Source: Sedimentisphaerales bacterium
Lineage (GTDB): Bacteria > Planctomycetota > Phycisphaerae > Sedimentisphaerales > SM23-30
Direction: 5' to 3'
Assembly: GCA_963663965.2 (NCBI GenBank)
Contig: CAXXFK010000001.1
Coordinates: 288,001-352,000 of the forward strand
DNA: 64,000 nucleotides
Shown piece after piece: positions 31,369 through 40,234 of the stretch. The position numbers and the translations under genes are program-made. The notes beneath the pieces were generated by a model. That model did not search any database and was not told the origin of the DNA. It saw only the letters and a program-made list of their open reading frames with translations. Each line of letters starts with the position of its first letter. Position 1 is the first letter of the stretch.

Positions 31369-34002
31369 TCAACCATTTGATTGTCTCCTTCGTCGCATCA
31401 TTAACATCGCCATACCTGTCCCCATCAGCAAAAGTGTCGCCGGTTCCGGTACTACCGGCACAGTCTCCGGATCTGACGGCTTTAAATCCGCCGCTTGATA
31501 TTGCTGCTGTGTTTCCAGCACTACCGCCCCGCTAACCGGTGTGACCAACTGATGCATTATCGCCAGCCGCACCGCTTCATCCTGGCTTTGCTGGTCTCGC
31601 TTCATACGCAAAGTATTGACCTGATCCGCCGCCGCCAGCCGCGCCAGATGACTTGATACCCGTTTCACTCCCGCCGGCGGCTCCTCGCTATCCAGTATCC
31701 TGCGCGTAAACACCACCGTTTCCTCTTCTCCCAGCCACTGCCGAATCGTTCGCGCCAGACACGCCGCCACCTCCCCACGGCATGGCGCCGATGTGACTGC
31801 CGCTATGCCATCCAGCGCCGAAACAATCCGGTCCGGCCCCGCGGCCAGTTGCACCTCCACCAGCCTCGGACCGGCCAGACGACGTTCGAACCGCTGGCTC
31901 AGTCCCTCGATAGGCGCCATCAGCGTCGGCTGGCCGCAATGCAGCCACAGGATCCGGCCCGGCGTTACGCCATCCGCCAGATCCCAGGCATGAGTCAGCG
32001 CACCAACATTATCCATGCCTCCCGCAAACAGTTGTTTCTTGAACTCAGCCTTCAAACGCGCTACATCGCCCGGTTTGACAGTCACCGTTCGATAGCCATC
32101 GCACGCAAATACCAACGTTATCTCTTTCTGCCTTACCAGCGGCTCCAGACCCGTTATCATTTCATTAACAAACGCTCCCATCCGTTTTGAACCGTCAACA
32201 ACAACCACAACTGTCCCATCAAAATTCTCCACCCGACTCTCCATTCGCTGTTCAATAATTGTTTCGCGCCCACCAATCTGCTTATCGCACCAGACCCGCT
32301 CCACCGTTGCGTCCCGCGTTGCCTCCAGAATTCCACTGGCAGACTGGATCTCACTGTCACTCAATGTCCCCCGGATCGCAAACCGGTTTTTATCCGCCCC
32401 GGCCAGCCGCAATCCACCCTGGGGTTCGATAAACTCACCGCTCGATTCCAGCCAGATCTCATGCTTCAGAATCTCGTTCACGGCAAAATTCCGTTCATTA
32501 AACACCGGCAGATACAATCGCGCCCGTTCCCGGCCGGCCAGTTCCAGCGGAAACGTAATCCCGATCCGCACCTTCATCTCACCACCCTGTCTCGGCACCG
32601 GAAAACATTGCATCATCACCTGATCCGGCCCGCTGGTCGTCACCAGCACCGGGTCGCGTCGCCGCTCCACTACGCTCTTATAAGCGGCCTTGGTTTTGGA
32701 ACGACCATCGAACGCCGCTTCCCGTTCCTCTCCGTCGATCCATAATGTCAACCGCGACACCACCCCGCCCGGCGGCAATTCAATCTGGGCTCGCGCCTCA
32801 TGATCCCGGTAAAAATCGTTCCGAAACACCATCGTCCATTCCAGATACCCCAATGCCCCGTCCGGCTCGATAAAACCATCCATCCGCGAACCCTTTAAGC
32901 TCAAACCTTTCATACAAGCCCCCACCTGATCGCCGCCCTGCTCAAAATCAAACGCATCCCACATCCATGTCCGCCGGGCTCTCAAAAAAGTGGCGCCGGT
33001 TGATGGCCGATGAGAGTTGAACATCTCGCCGGTCACCCGATAATAGATCGTTCGCGAAGTCTCCGGACTGATATTCAGGTCGGATAATAAAAATGAATAG
33101 TAACTTCCCCAGCTTATGTCGTCGATATAACACGCGTCCAGCAGAATCTTGCGGTTGCCCAACGCCCGTAGTAACCCCAGACCTTCCGGTTTGTCCTGAT
33201 CGATCGTCTCGGTAACCCGATACATACCGTAATAAGTCACCAGCGTTGGTAGTTCCACCAATCCAAATACACCAAAACCTGCCAACACCCCAATCCATAA
33301 AGCAGGATAGTTCGATACGCCCTGAAGCCGGGTGATCGCTTTCAAATAGACCCGGCAAAGCGAAAGCGCCCATAAGGCCAGCATTGGAGCAAACGCGCAC
33401 AGTCCAATTAAAACAAGCAGTCCGAACATTCCAGCCGGTAAAATGGGAAGGAACATCACACTGTAAATAATCCCGAAACCCAACGCGACACCATTAAATA
33501 ACAGCAGCCATCTCAACCAGTTCGCTTTAGTCTCCAGGCCGGCGCCCCGACTCACAATCACACTAAATGGAATAAACAGAAATATTCCCACATGCCAGAT
33601 CGAAGGCAATGGATCATAAAAACATCCTGCGCAAAGCCCCGTTAATAGTTCCACGCCCACCGCCATCACCGGTAAGATAATCCCGCAGAAAAAGGTCCAG
33701 AATCCCGGCCGTTTGATCTCTGACCGGTCAATTTCACGGATTAGCGCCTGCAATATCTCCTTGGAGTCCAGTGCTCCCTGTCCTCCGGCCATCTCCTCCG
33801 GCAATCCGATCCGGTCTAATGCCCGGTACATATCCTTAGCCTCCACACATCGCCATCCCAATTCCTTAAATTCTTCCTCCAGATGGTTGCGGATATCGTT
33901 CAATGCCTCATCGATCTCATGATCGGGCATGTCCAGCTTTTCCCGGACTTTTAGACAATAGGATTCCCAGACTTTTTGAGCTTGTGGTGACCACTCCGTC
34001 AT
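31369..34002 (-). CDS. HAAS + multi-TM + VIT + vWA-like protein with a C-terminal PEP-CTERM sorting signal
   Basis: HAAS-like N-terminus (YCLKVREKL...DIRNHLEE...IGLPEEMA); about 5 TMs; VIT (YLEWTMVFRN...LPPGGVVSRLTLWIDGEEREA...RDPVLV); VVVVDGS; LVTPVSGAVVLE; VPEPATLLLMGTGMAMLMMRRRR. Confidence 0.88.
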   Translation of the reverse strand: MTEWSPQAQKVWESYCLKVREKLDMPDHEIDEALNDIRNHLEEEFKELGWRCVEAKDMYRALDRIGLPEEMAGGQGALDSKEILQALIREIDRSEIKRPGFWTFFCGIILPVMAVGVELLTGLCAGCFYDPLPSIWHVGIFLFIPFSVIVSRGAGLETKANWLRWLLLFNGVALGFGIIYSVMFLPILPAGMFGLLVLIGLCAFAPMLALWALSLCRVYLKAITRLQGVSNYPALWIGVLAGFGVFGLVELPTLVTYYGMYRVTETIDQDKPEGLGLLRALGNRKILLDACYIDDISWGSYYSFLLSDLNISPETSRTIYYRVTGEMFNSHRPSTGATFLRARRTWMWDAFDFEQGGDQVGACMKGLSLKGSRMDGFIEPDGALGYLEWTMVFRNDFYRDHEARAQIELPPGGVVSRLTLWIDGEEREAAFDGRSKTKAAYKSVVERRRDPVLVTTSGPDQVMMQCFPVPRQGGEMKVRIGITFPLELAGRERARLYLPVFNERNFAVNEILKHEIWLESSGEFIEPQGGLRLAGADKNRFAIRGTLSDSEIQSASGILEATRDATVERVWCDKQIGGRETIIEQRMESRVENFDGTVVVVVDGSKRMGAFVNEMITGLEPLVRQKEITLVFACDGYRTVTVKPGDVARLKAEFKKQLFAGGMDNVGALTHAWDLADGVTPGRILWLHCGQPTLMAPIEGLSQRFERRLAGPRLVEVQLAAGPDRIVSALDGIAAVTSAPCRGEVAACLARTIRQWLGEEETVVFTRRILDSEEPPAGVKRVSSHLARLAAADQVNTLRMKRDQQSQDEAVRLAIMHQLVTPVSGAVVLETQQQYQAADLKPSDPETVPVVPEPATLLLMGTGMAMLMMRRRRQSNG

Positions 34003-34346
34003 GCGTCTTCCTTTCCGCTGCGCAAAGCCTTTACCCCACGCAGCACAGACTCAAGATGTGTTTCCATCAAATTCAAGGTATTACGACCTTTGGTTGTTAA
34101 CCGATAATACTTGCGTACCGGCCCTTCCGGCGACTCATCCAACCTCGACTCCAACAGTCCCTGACTTCGCAATCGCGATAGCAGCGGGTACAAAGTCCCC
34201 TCAGTCACCCCCAATCCCGGGATGTTCACCAGCCGCTTCACCAGGTTATAAGCATAATGCTCCTGTCCGGCCAGCGCCGTCAGAACCGCCAGTTCCAGAA
34301 TCCCCTTTCGCAACTGGACAGACCAATTGTCAATTAACTCTGACAT
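33999..34346 (-). CDS. PadR-family transcriptional regulator
   Basis: QLRKGILE, EGTLYPLLSRL, GPVRKYYRLT; ATGA overlap with the downstream gene. Confidence 0.95.
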   Translation of the reverse strand: MSELIDNWSVQLRKGILELAVLTALAGQEHYAYNLVKRLVNIPGLGVTEGTLYPLLSRLRSQGLLESRLDESPEGPVRKYYRLTTKGRNTLNLMETHLESVLRGVKALRSGKEDA

Positions 34347-34350
34347 ATAC

Positions 34351-34410
34351 TACCTTGTTATACATAGTACCTTGTTAAAGATAGTATATCATCAGATCGG
34401 CAAAAGTCAA
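34351..34410 (-). promoter_or_regulatory. Putative padR promoter with tandem operator boxes
   Basis: TTGACT-N16-TATACT on the minus strand (34410-34383). Boxes TACCTTGTTATACATAGTA (34351-34369) and TACCTTGTTAAAGATAGTA (34368-34386). Confidence 0.65.
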
Positions 34411-34599
34411 CTGTGTCTGACTGAACACTTGGATAATATAACACTCAATCCCTGGGTATCATTTCCCAGCCAATTAGTCGTTAAGACCCATGAATACTTC
34501 CTGCTGGCTAGATTCTTAATGCCTTATTTAACAATTACTTATATTTTATTTAGCCGCTAACTTACTTCATCACCTAACTGACTTTCATGTTATTTTTAA

Positions 34600-34760
34600 G
34601 GGTACCTCTAATAATTGCTTTAGAGGCGAAAGCGAGGATGATTTTTCTCTGGCAAGGAACAAAGAACCGGGCATATTTGACAATATTCACGGTTTTTTGT
34701 GACGCGGTCCAGAGAAAAATCAGACCGCTTGCAGCCCTGAATGAATTTTTAGAGGTTCCC
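34600..34760. mobile_element. 161-bp MITE-like long-hairpin element
   Basis: Ends GGGTACCTCTAATAATT and AATTTTTAGAGGTTCCC; TAA on both flanks; inner stems TGATTTTTCTCTGG/CCAGAGAAAAATCA and ACAAAGAACCG/CGGTTTTTTGT. Confidence 0.75.
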
Positions 34761-35037
34761 TAAAATCTTAACCAAAATTAGCTGACTTTTTCGATAACTT
34801 CGTTACAATATTATGCTTTATTGAATGATGGATTTTTATGGAATAACTGTTCTTTTCTAACAGTAATGACCGATAACAATGATGTGAAAACCCACGGATG
34901 GCATTATTAAATCGCTTCTAAAAAAGATTTAAACATTTAAAACCGCAACAGTTAACTCGGTTTCGATTCCAGGGTCTTCGGTATCAGTCAATCTGGTTAT
35001 AATTTACTGTCAAAATAAAGAACAGAAAGAGTGTGCC

Positions 35038-36507
35038 ATGCAGCCAACTGGATCAAAACATAACATACTGCAAAAAAAACAGTTAGAGACTGTTGTTCCA
35101 TTAGTTCACCCCAAGAAAGTCTCTACCGGCAAAAGCTATTACTTCGTCGGCATTGGCGGTTGCGGCATGAGCGGTCTGGCACAAGTCCTCCAACAGCAGG
35201 GTCACCATGTCTGCGGGAGTGATCTGGAAAGTTCTGAAGTGATTCAAAAACTTGGCCGGCGTGGAATTGCCGTAAATATCGGTCACAATCCCCAGGCCAT
35301 CCCAGATCATATCGATTGTATGGTCATTTCCGCCGCAGTGAAAGATACCAATCCTGAAGTCACCTGGGCTCATTTGAATAATGTCCCGGTTCTCAAATAC
35401 GCCCAGATGCTGGGCCAGATCACAAAAACCCTGGACACCATAACAATAGCGGGTACCCATGGAAAAAGTACGACCAGCGGATGGACCGCTTATACGCTTA
35501 AAGAGGCAGGCCTCGACCCAAGTTTTGTTATTGGGGCTGAAGTGGATCAACTGGGTAGCGGTAGTGGTGCAGGAACAGGCCGGCATCTGGTCGTTGAAGC
35601 CTGCGAATATGACCGATCCTTTCTCAATTTTCATCCCAAATACAATGCGATCCTGAATATTGAAGCCGACCATCTCGACTATTACCGGGATATTGACGAA
35701 ATAATCGAAGCATTCAGTCAACTCATGATCCAGGTATGCCCAGACGGACGCCAGATTATCAACGGCGAAGATGCCAATTCCATGCTTGCACTGGAGATCC
35801 TAAGAGAAAGTAAGTTTGAATGTCCCATAGAAACTTTTGGTCTTACCAGCGCCTGCGACTGGCATGCCGCCAACATCCAATGGAATCTGGGACGAGCCTC
35901 CTATGATTTAATGTATCATAATCAACGACTCGGCCGGGTCAACTTGTCGCTCTCCGGCCGTCATAATATTTATAACAGCCTTGCTGTGGCGGCACTCTGT
36001 CATGCAGTGGGTCTTGACTTCAATCAGATTCGTGCCGGACTCGAAAATTTTGTTGGCGTGGGGCGGCGCATGAGCTATAAAGGGAAAATCGCCGGCGTGA
36101 CCGTATTGGATGATTACGGACATCATCCCACCGAAATAAAAGCCACGTTGCAGGCGATTCGAGACTCTTACCAGCCTCGCAGACTCTGGTGTGTCTTCCA
36201 GCCGCATCAGCACAGTCGTACACGTTTTTTCCTCGACGATTTCGCCGCCAGTTTCGAAGTCGCCGATGTTGTCCTGTTGCCGGATATTTATTTTGTACGC
36301 GACAGCGAAGCGCTCAAGCGCCAGGTCAACGCTCAACAACTGGCCGACAAGATCCGGATTCATGGCAAAGAGGCCCGCTATCTGGGAGCTTTCCCGGCCA
36401 TTGTCGATTGTCTATGCAATAGTGTTCTCGATGGTGATGTTATAGTTACCATGGGAGCTGGAAATGTATGGGAAGTAGCTGATGAATTTATTCGAAGATT
36501 TAAGTGA
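35038..36507 (+). CDS. murC: UDP-N-acetylmuramate--L-alanine ligase
   Basis: GIGGCGMS, AGTHGKSTT, EACEYDRSF, DDYGHHPTE, FQPHQHSRT. Confidence 0.96.
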   Translation: MQPTGSKHNILQKKQLETVVPLVHPKKVSTGKSYYFVGIGGCGMSGLAQVLQQQGHHVCGSDLESSEVIQKLGRRGIAVNIGHNPQAIPDHIDCMVISAAVKDTNPEVTWAHLNNVPVLKYAQMLGQITKTLDTITIAGTHGKSTTSGWTAYTLKEAGLDPSFVIGAEVDQLGSGSGAGTGRHLVVEACEYDRSFLNFHPKYNAILNIEADHLDYYRDIDEIIEAFSQLMIQVCPDGRQIINGEDANSMLALEILRESKFECPIETFGLTSACDWHAANIQWNLGRASYDLMYHNQRLGRVNLSLSGRHNIYNSLAVAALCHAVGLDFNQIRAGLENFVGVGRRMSYKGKIAGVTVLDDYGHHPTEIKATLQAIRDSYQPRRLWCVFQPHQHSRTRFFLDDFAASFEVADVVLLPDIYFVRDSEALKRQVNAQQLADKIRIHGKEARYLGAFPAIVDCLCNSVLDGDVIVTMGAGNVWEVADEFIRRFK

Positions 36508-37363
36508 AATTGTCAAAGAAAACGAACCACTGGCGCCTTATACCTGGTTTAAGTTGGGCGGACCGGCTCGTTATTTTATTGAACCCCGCGATCAGGACGA
36601 ACTGGTTGAAATCACCAGGCGTTGTCACGATAATAATATTCAGATTTATGTGCTGGGGCGCGGTTCAAATTTACTGGTCGGTGACAATGGCGTCTCTGGA
36701 GCAGTGGTGCGCTTATCCCATCCCAGTTTCGCCAAAGTTACTATCGATGATACCGTCGTTCGAGCCGGCGCCGGCGCCAGCCTGAGCGGACTGATCCGCC
36801 AGTGTGCCCGCCACGGCCTGAGTGGCGCCGAATGCCTCGCCGGTATTCCCGGCACGGTTGGCGGCGCTATTCGTATCAATGCGGGCGGGCGGTTTGGCGA
36901 TATTGGTAATATTACCCAGTCTGTTAAACTCATGGATAGCAGCAGCTATCGGTTTGAACGCAAACGGGATGACATCTATTTTGGCTATCGCATGACTAAT
37001 ATCATGGCCCGCTTCATTCTGGAAGCCGAATTCCTGCTTACCCCCGACGAACCGGAAAACATCGCGCGGCTGCTCAAAGAGGTCTGGATGCTCAAAAAAA
37101 GCTCTCAGCCCATGAACAGCCGTAACGCGGGCTGCGTCTTCAAAAATCCTCGCGCCATGTCCGCCGGCGCCCTGATTGATAAGGCGGGCTTAAAAGGCGC
37201 CCAGATCGGCGGCGCGCGGGTCAGTGAACGCCATGCCAATTTTATCATGGCCGAAGATAACGCCACGGCCTCAGACGTTTTAGCGCTGATCGACAAGATC
37301 AAAGATGCCGTCCAGGCCCGTTTCGATGTTGAAATCGAACTGGAAATTGATATCTGGCAATAA
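36482..37363 (+). CDS. murB: UDP-N-acetylenolpyruvoylglucosamine reductase
   Basis: LGRGSNLL, GIPGTVGGA, NAGCVFKNP, HANF. Confidence 0.96.
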   Translation: MNLFEDLSEIVKENEPLAPYTWFKLGGPARYFIEPRDQDELVEITRRCHDNNIQIYVLGRGSNLLVGDNGVSGAVVRLSHPSFAKVTIDDTVVRAGAGASLSGLIRQCARHGLSGAECLAGIPGTVGGAIRINAGGRFGDIGNITQSVKLMDSSSYRFERKRDDIYFGYRMTNIMARFILEAEFLLTPDEPENIARLLKEVWMLKKSSQPMNSRNAGCVFKNPRAMSAGALIDKAGLKGAQIGGARVSERHANFIMAEDNATASDVLALIDKIKDAVQARFDVEIELEIDIWQ

Positions 37364-37441
37364 CGAATCCAGACAGGTTCATGACAATACAGAAGGCAGG
37401 TTATTCCCAACCTGCCTTCATTCATCTGATCATGGTTGTGG

Positions 37442-38389
37442 ATGATGGCACATAAAACTTTACAATCGATTCTGGTGCTTGCCGGAGGCCCCGGTAGCGA
37501 ACGTGAGGTCAGCTTGAATAGCGGCCGGGCTATTTTACAAGCTCTTCAAGATGCGGGTTATCGGGTCCAGATGGCCGACGCTACTCCAACGAACCTTACA
37601 GCTTTAAATAAAGTAGATTACGATTTGATCTTCCCGATTATCCATGGGACTTTTGGCGAAGATGGCCAGTTACAAACCATTCTGGAACAGCGTAAAATAC
37701 CATATGTAGGCAGCGGCCCTCAAGCCAGCCTGTTGGCTATGAACAAACAGGCCACTCGTCAGGCCATTGCGAAATGCGATGTACCGATTGCCCAGGGTAT
37801 TTTAATTCTATCAGGAACTCAGCCGGCCGAAATCCACAAGGTAATTGATAACCTTATTCACCATTCAGGATTACCTCTCGTTATTAAGCCCAATTGCGAA
37901 GGCAGTAGTGTTGGTGTTACGATTGCCGCTGATAAAACTCAAGCCTGTAACGCTGCCATTGAGGTAGTCTCTCGTTTCGGCGATTGCCTTATTGAACAAT
38001 TTGTAACCGGCCGGGAACTGACCGCCGGGATTCTGGTCGATACCGCATTACCTTTAGTGGAAATCAAGGCGGCCCAGGGCTTTTATGATTATGAAGCGAA
38101 ATATCTCAAAAATGATACGACTTATCTGGTAGAACCAGAATGCCCAACCGAGGTGGCTCAGGCTATTCAATCCTCCGCACTGAAAATTTTTCAGGCCATC
38201 GGCTGTCGTGATCTGGCCCGTATCGACTTTATCTTAAGGCCCGATAATACTTTTATTGCACTGGAAGTTAACACTCTTCCCGGTTTTACCGATCATTCCC
38301 TGGTTCCTAAAGCCGCGGCTCACCTGGGTTGGTCCATGGCCCAAATCTGCGATAAGATTGTACAAAATGCCTGGAACCGGTCGATGTAA
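37442..38389 (+). CDS. ddl: D-alanine--D-alanine ligase
   Basis: GGPGSEREVSL, HGTFGEDG, EGSSVG, YDYEAKY, EVNTLPG. Confidence 0.95.
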   Translation: MMAHKTLQSILVLAGGPGSEREVSLNSGRAILQALQDAGYRVQMADATPTNLTALNKVDYDLIFPIIHGTFGEDGQLQTILEQRKIPYVGSGPQASLLAMNKQATRQAIAKCDVPIAQGILILSGTQPAEIHKVIDNLIHHSGLPLVIKPNCEGSSVGVTIAADKTQACNAAIEVVSRFGDCLIEQFVTGRELTAGILVDTALPLVEIKAAQGFYDYEAKYLKNDTTYLVEPECPTEVAQAIQSSALKIFQAIGCRDLARIDFILRPDNTFIALEVNTLPGFTDHSLVPKAAAHLGWSMAQICDKIVQNAWNRSM

Positions 38390-38452
38390 GATGGGTATCG
38401 ACTATCGATTTTGACTAATAAACAAAGCCCGAAAAAAATATAAAACGAGATA

Positions 38453-39427
38453 ATGGCGAAAAAAACGAGAAGAAAACCCAAAAAACAACATAAATTCGAT
38501 CTGAAAGCCATGTTCGCTGGTTTATTTTCCAGAGAAAAGCTCGGACTTTACCTTTTCCTTGGCAAACTGACAATCATCATTGTCGTTGCGTTTGGAACAA
38601 TCTGGGGCTTCCAGTTCATGGAAAAATATGTGAATCAGATCGCTCATGAACGCCAGGTCGAACTTGAAGTTGTTTTGAAAGATCGTCATGAACGGTGGGA
38701 ATGGGCCAGTAATGAACTGGTCCGCGATATTTTATTAGCCGCAGATGTAAAAAGTGATGACTTCTTGCTCGATAAAGATCTGGTCCATAAATGGACCATC
38801 AATTTACAAAATCATTCATGGATCGAAAGAGTAAACTCCGTCCAGAAGCGCTATGATGGCAAAGTCATTGTCGATTGTGATTTGCGTCGGCCGATTGCTA
38901 AAATCAAACAGGATTCGAAAGTCTATTATGTGGATGCCGAAGGTCACATCATGGCGCCGGTTTTGGGTGACCTTGACGGGCGCAGTATGCAGGTGAATCC
39001 AGTATACGACCATCTGGTCGAAATTCGAGGTGGGATGAAAAAACTGCCTGCCCCCGGAACCAGCCTGGTCGCCGACGATGTGAAAGCCGGTCTGGACATT
39101 ATTTCGATGATCCGTATGGTCGACTCTCATCAAACCGACCGGAATCTGCGCGTACTGAAAGAACTCGCCGTTTGCGATGTCAGTAATTTTAAAGACCGTA
39201 AAGACCGCTCCCAGCCACGCATTACTTTTTATACGCAACGTAATACTGAAATTCGCTGGGGCGCGGAAGTCGGCAATGAAATTTCTGAATTTGAACCGCC
39301 GGCCGAAACCAAACTCTCCCGACTCTACCTGACCTATAGTAAATACCAGACTCTCGATACCTTCATGCACGTTGAATTGCGCAACCATCGCAATGACAAA
39401 AGCGATCCTCTACGAGATCAGGGGTAA
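38453..39427 (+). CDS. ftsQ: FtsQ/DivIB-like bitopic protein
   Basis: Basic N-terminus, one TM, POTRA-like segment (WIERVNSVQKRY...LRRPIA...YYVDAEG); located right after ddl. Confidence 0.7.
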   Translation: MAKKTRRKPKKQHKFDLKAMFAGLFSREKLGLYLFLGKLTIIIVVAFGTIWGFQFMEKYVNQIAHERQVELEVVLKDRHERWEWASNELVRDILLAADVKSDDFLLDKDLVHKWTINLQNHSWIERVNSVQKRYDGKVIVDCDLRRPIAKIKQDSKVYYVDAEGHIMAPVLGDLDGRSMQVNPVYDHLVEIRGGMKKLPAPGTSLVADDVKAGLDIISMIRMVDSHQTDRNLRVLKELAVCDVSNFKDRKDRSQPRITFYTQRNTEIRWGAEVGNEISEFEPPAETKLSRLYLTYSKYQTLDTFMHVELRNHRNDKSDPLRDQG

Positions 39428-40194
39428 TGGCTGACTTTTCAGATAAAACGGTTATTGTCACAGGAGGAGGTCAGGGTATCGGACGGTGTATCGTCGAACG
39501 GTTCTACGCTGAAGGAGCCCATGTGATTCTGGCCGAGATCGATCCCGGGCGAATCAATCGAGCCCATCTGGCAATCACACGATCACAACCCGGTCAACTG
39601 ACTTGTGTTCAGACCGATCTCTCCCAGGAACAATCGGTAGCAAATCTGATTCAACAGACCCTGGATCTTACCGGCCAGATCGATCATATCGTCCACAGTG
39701 CCGCCATCGCCTGCAATGTTCCCGTTGAACAATTATCCTGGAATGACTGGAAACAGGTGCTGGATGTTAACCTGTCCGGCGCCTATTTACTGGCGCATTT
39801 TGGCGCCCGATATTTGAGGCAACAAAATGGGACCATGGTGAATATTGCTTCGACCCGGGCGCTGATGTCGGAATCCGACACGGAAGCCTATAGTACGTCG
39901 AAAGCCGGATTGATAGGGCTCACCCATGCCCTGGCGATCAGTTTGAGCCCCGATGTCCGGGTCAACTGCATCAGTCCCGGTTGGATCGACACCCGCCATT
40001 ATCTGGATACTCCCGGAGATTATCCGTACTCAATCTCACCAGAAGATCACAGTCAGCACCCTGCCGGTCGGATCGGCTTGCCCATGGATGTCGCCGAAAT
40101 GGTCCTTTATCTCTCATCATCGCGGGCCGGCTTTATTACCGGCCAGAATATCGTGATTGATGGCGGCATGACGCGCAAGATGATTTATATTTGA
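39427..40194 (+). CDS. Short-chain dehydrogenase/reductase
   Basis: TGGGQGIG, YSTSK, VNCISPG. Confidence 0.93.
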   Translation: MADFSDKTVIVTGGGQGIGRCIVERFYAEGAHVILAEIDPGRINRAHLAITRSQPGQLTCVQTDLSQEQSVANLIQQTLDLTGQIDHIVHSAAIACNVPVEQLSWNDWKQVLDVNLSGAYLLAHFGARYLRQQNGTMVNIASTRALMSESDTEAYSTSKAGLIGLTHALAISLSPDVRVNCISPGWIDTRHYLDTPGDYPYSISPEDHSQHPAGRIGLPMDVAEMVLYLSSSRAGFITGQNIVIDGGMTRKMIYI

Positions 40195-40234
40195 TAGCTC
40201 TGAATAGAGCTTCACTTTTCTGCTAAACGGTCCA

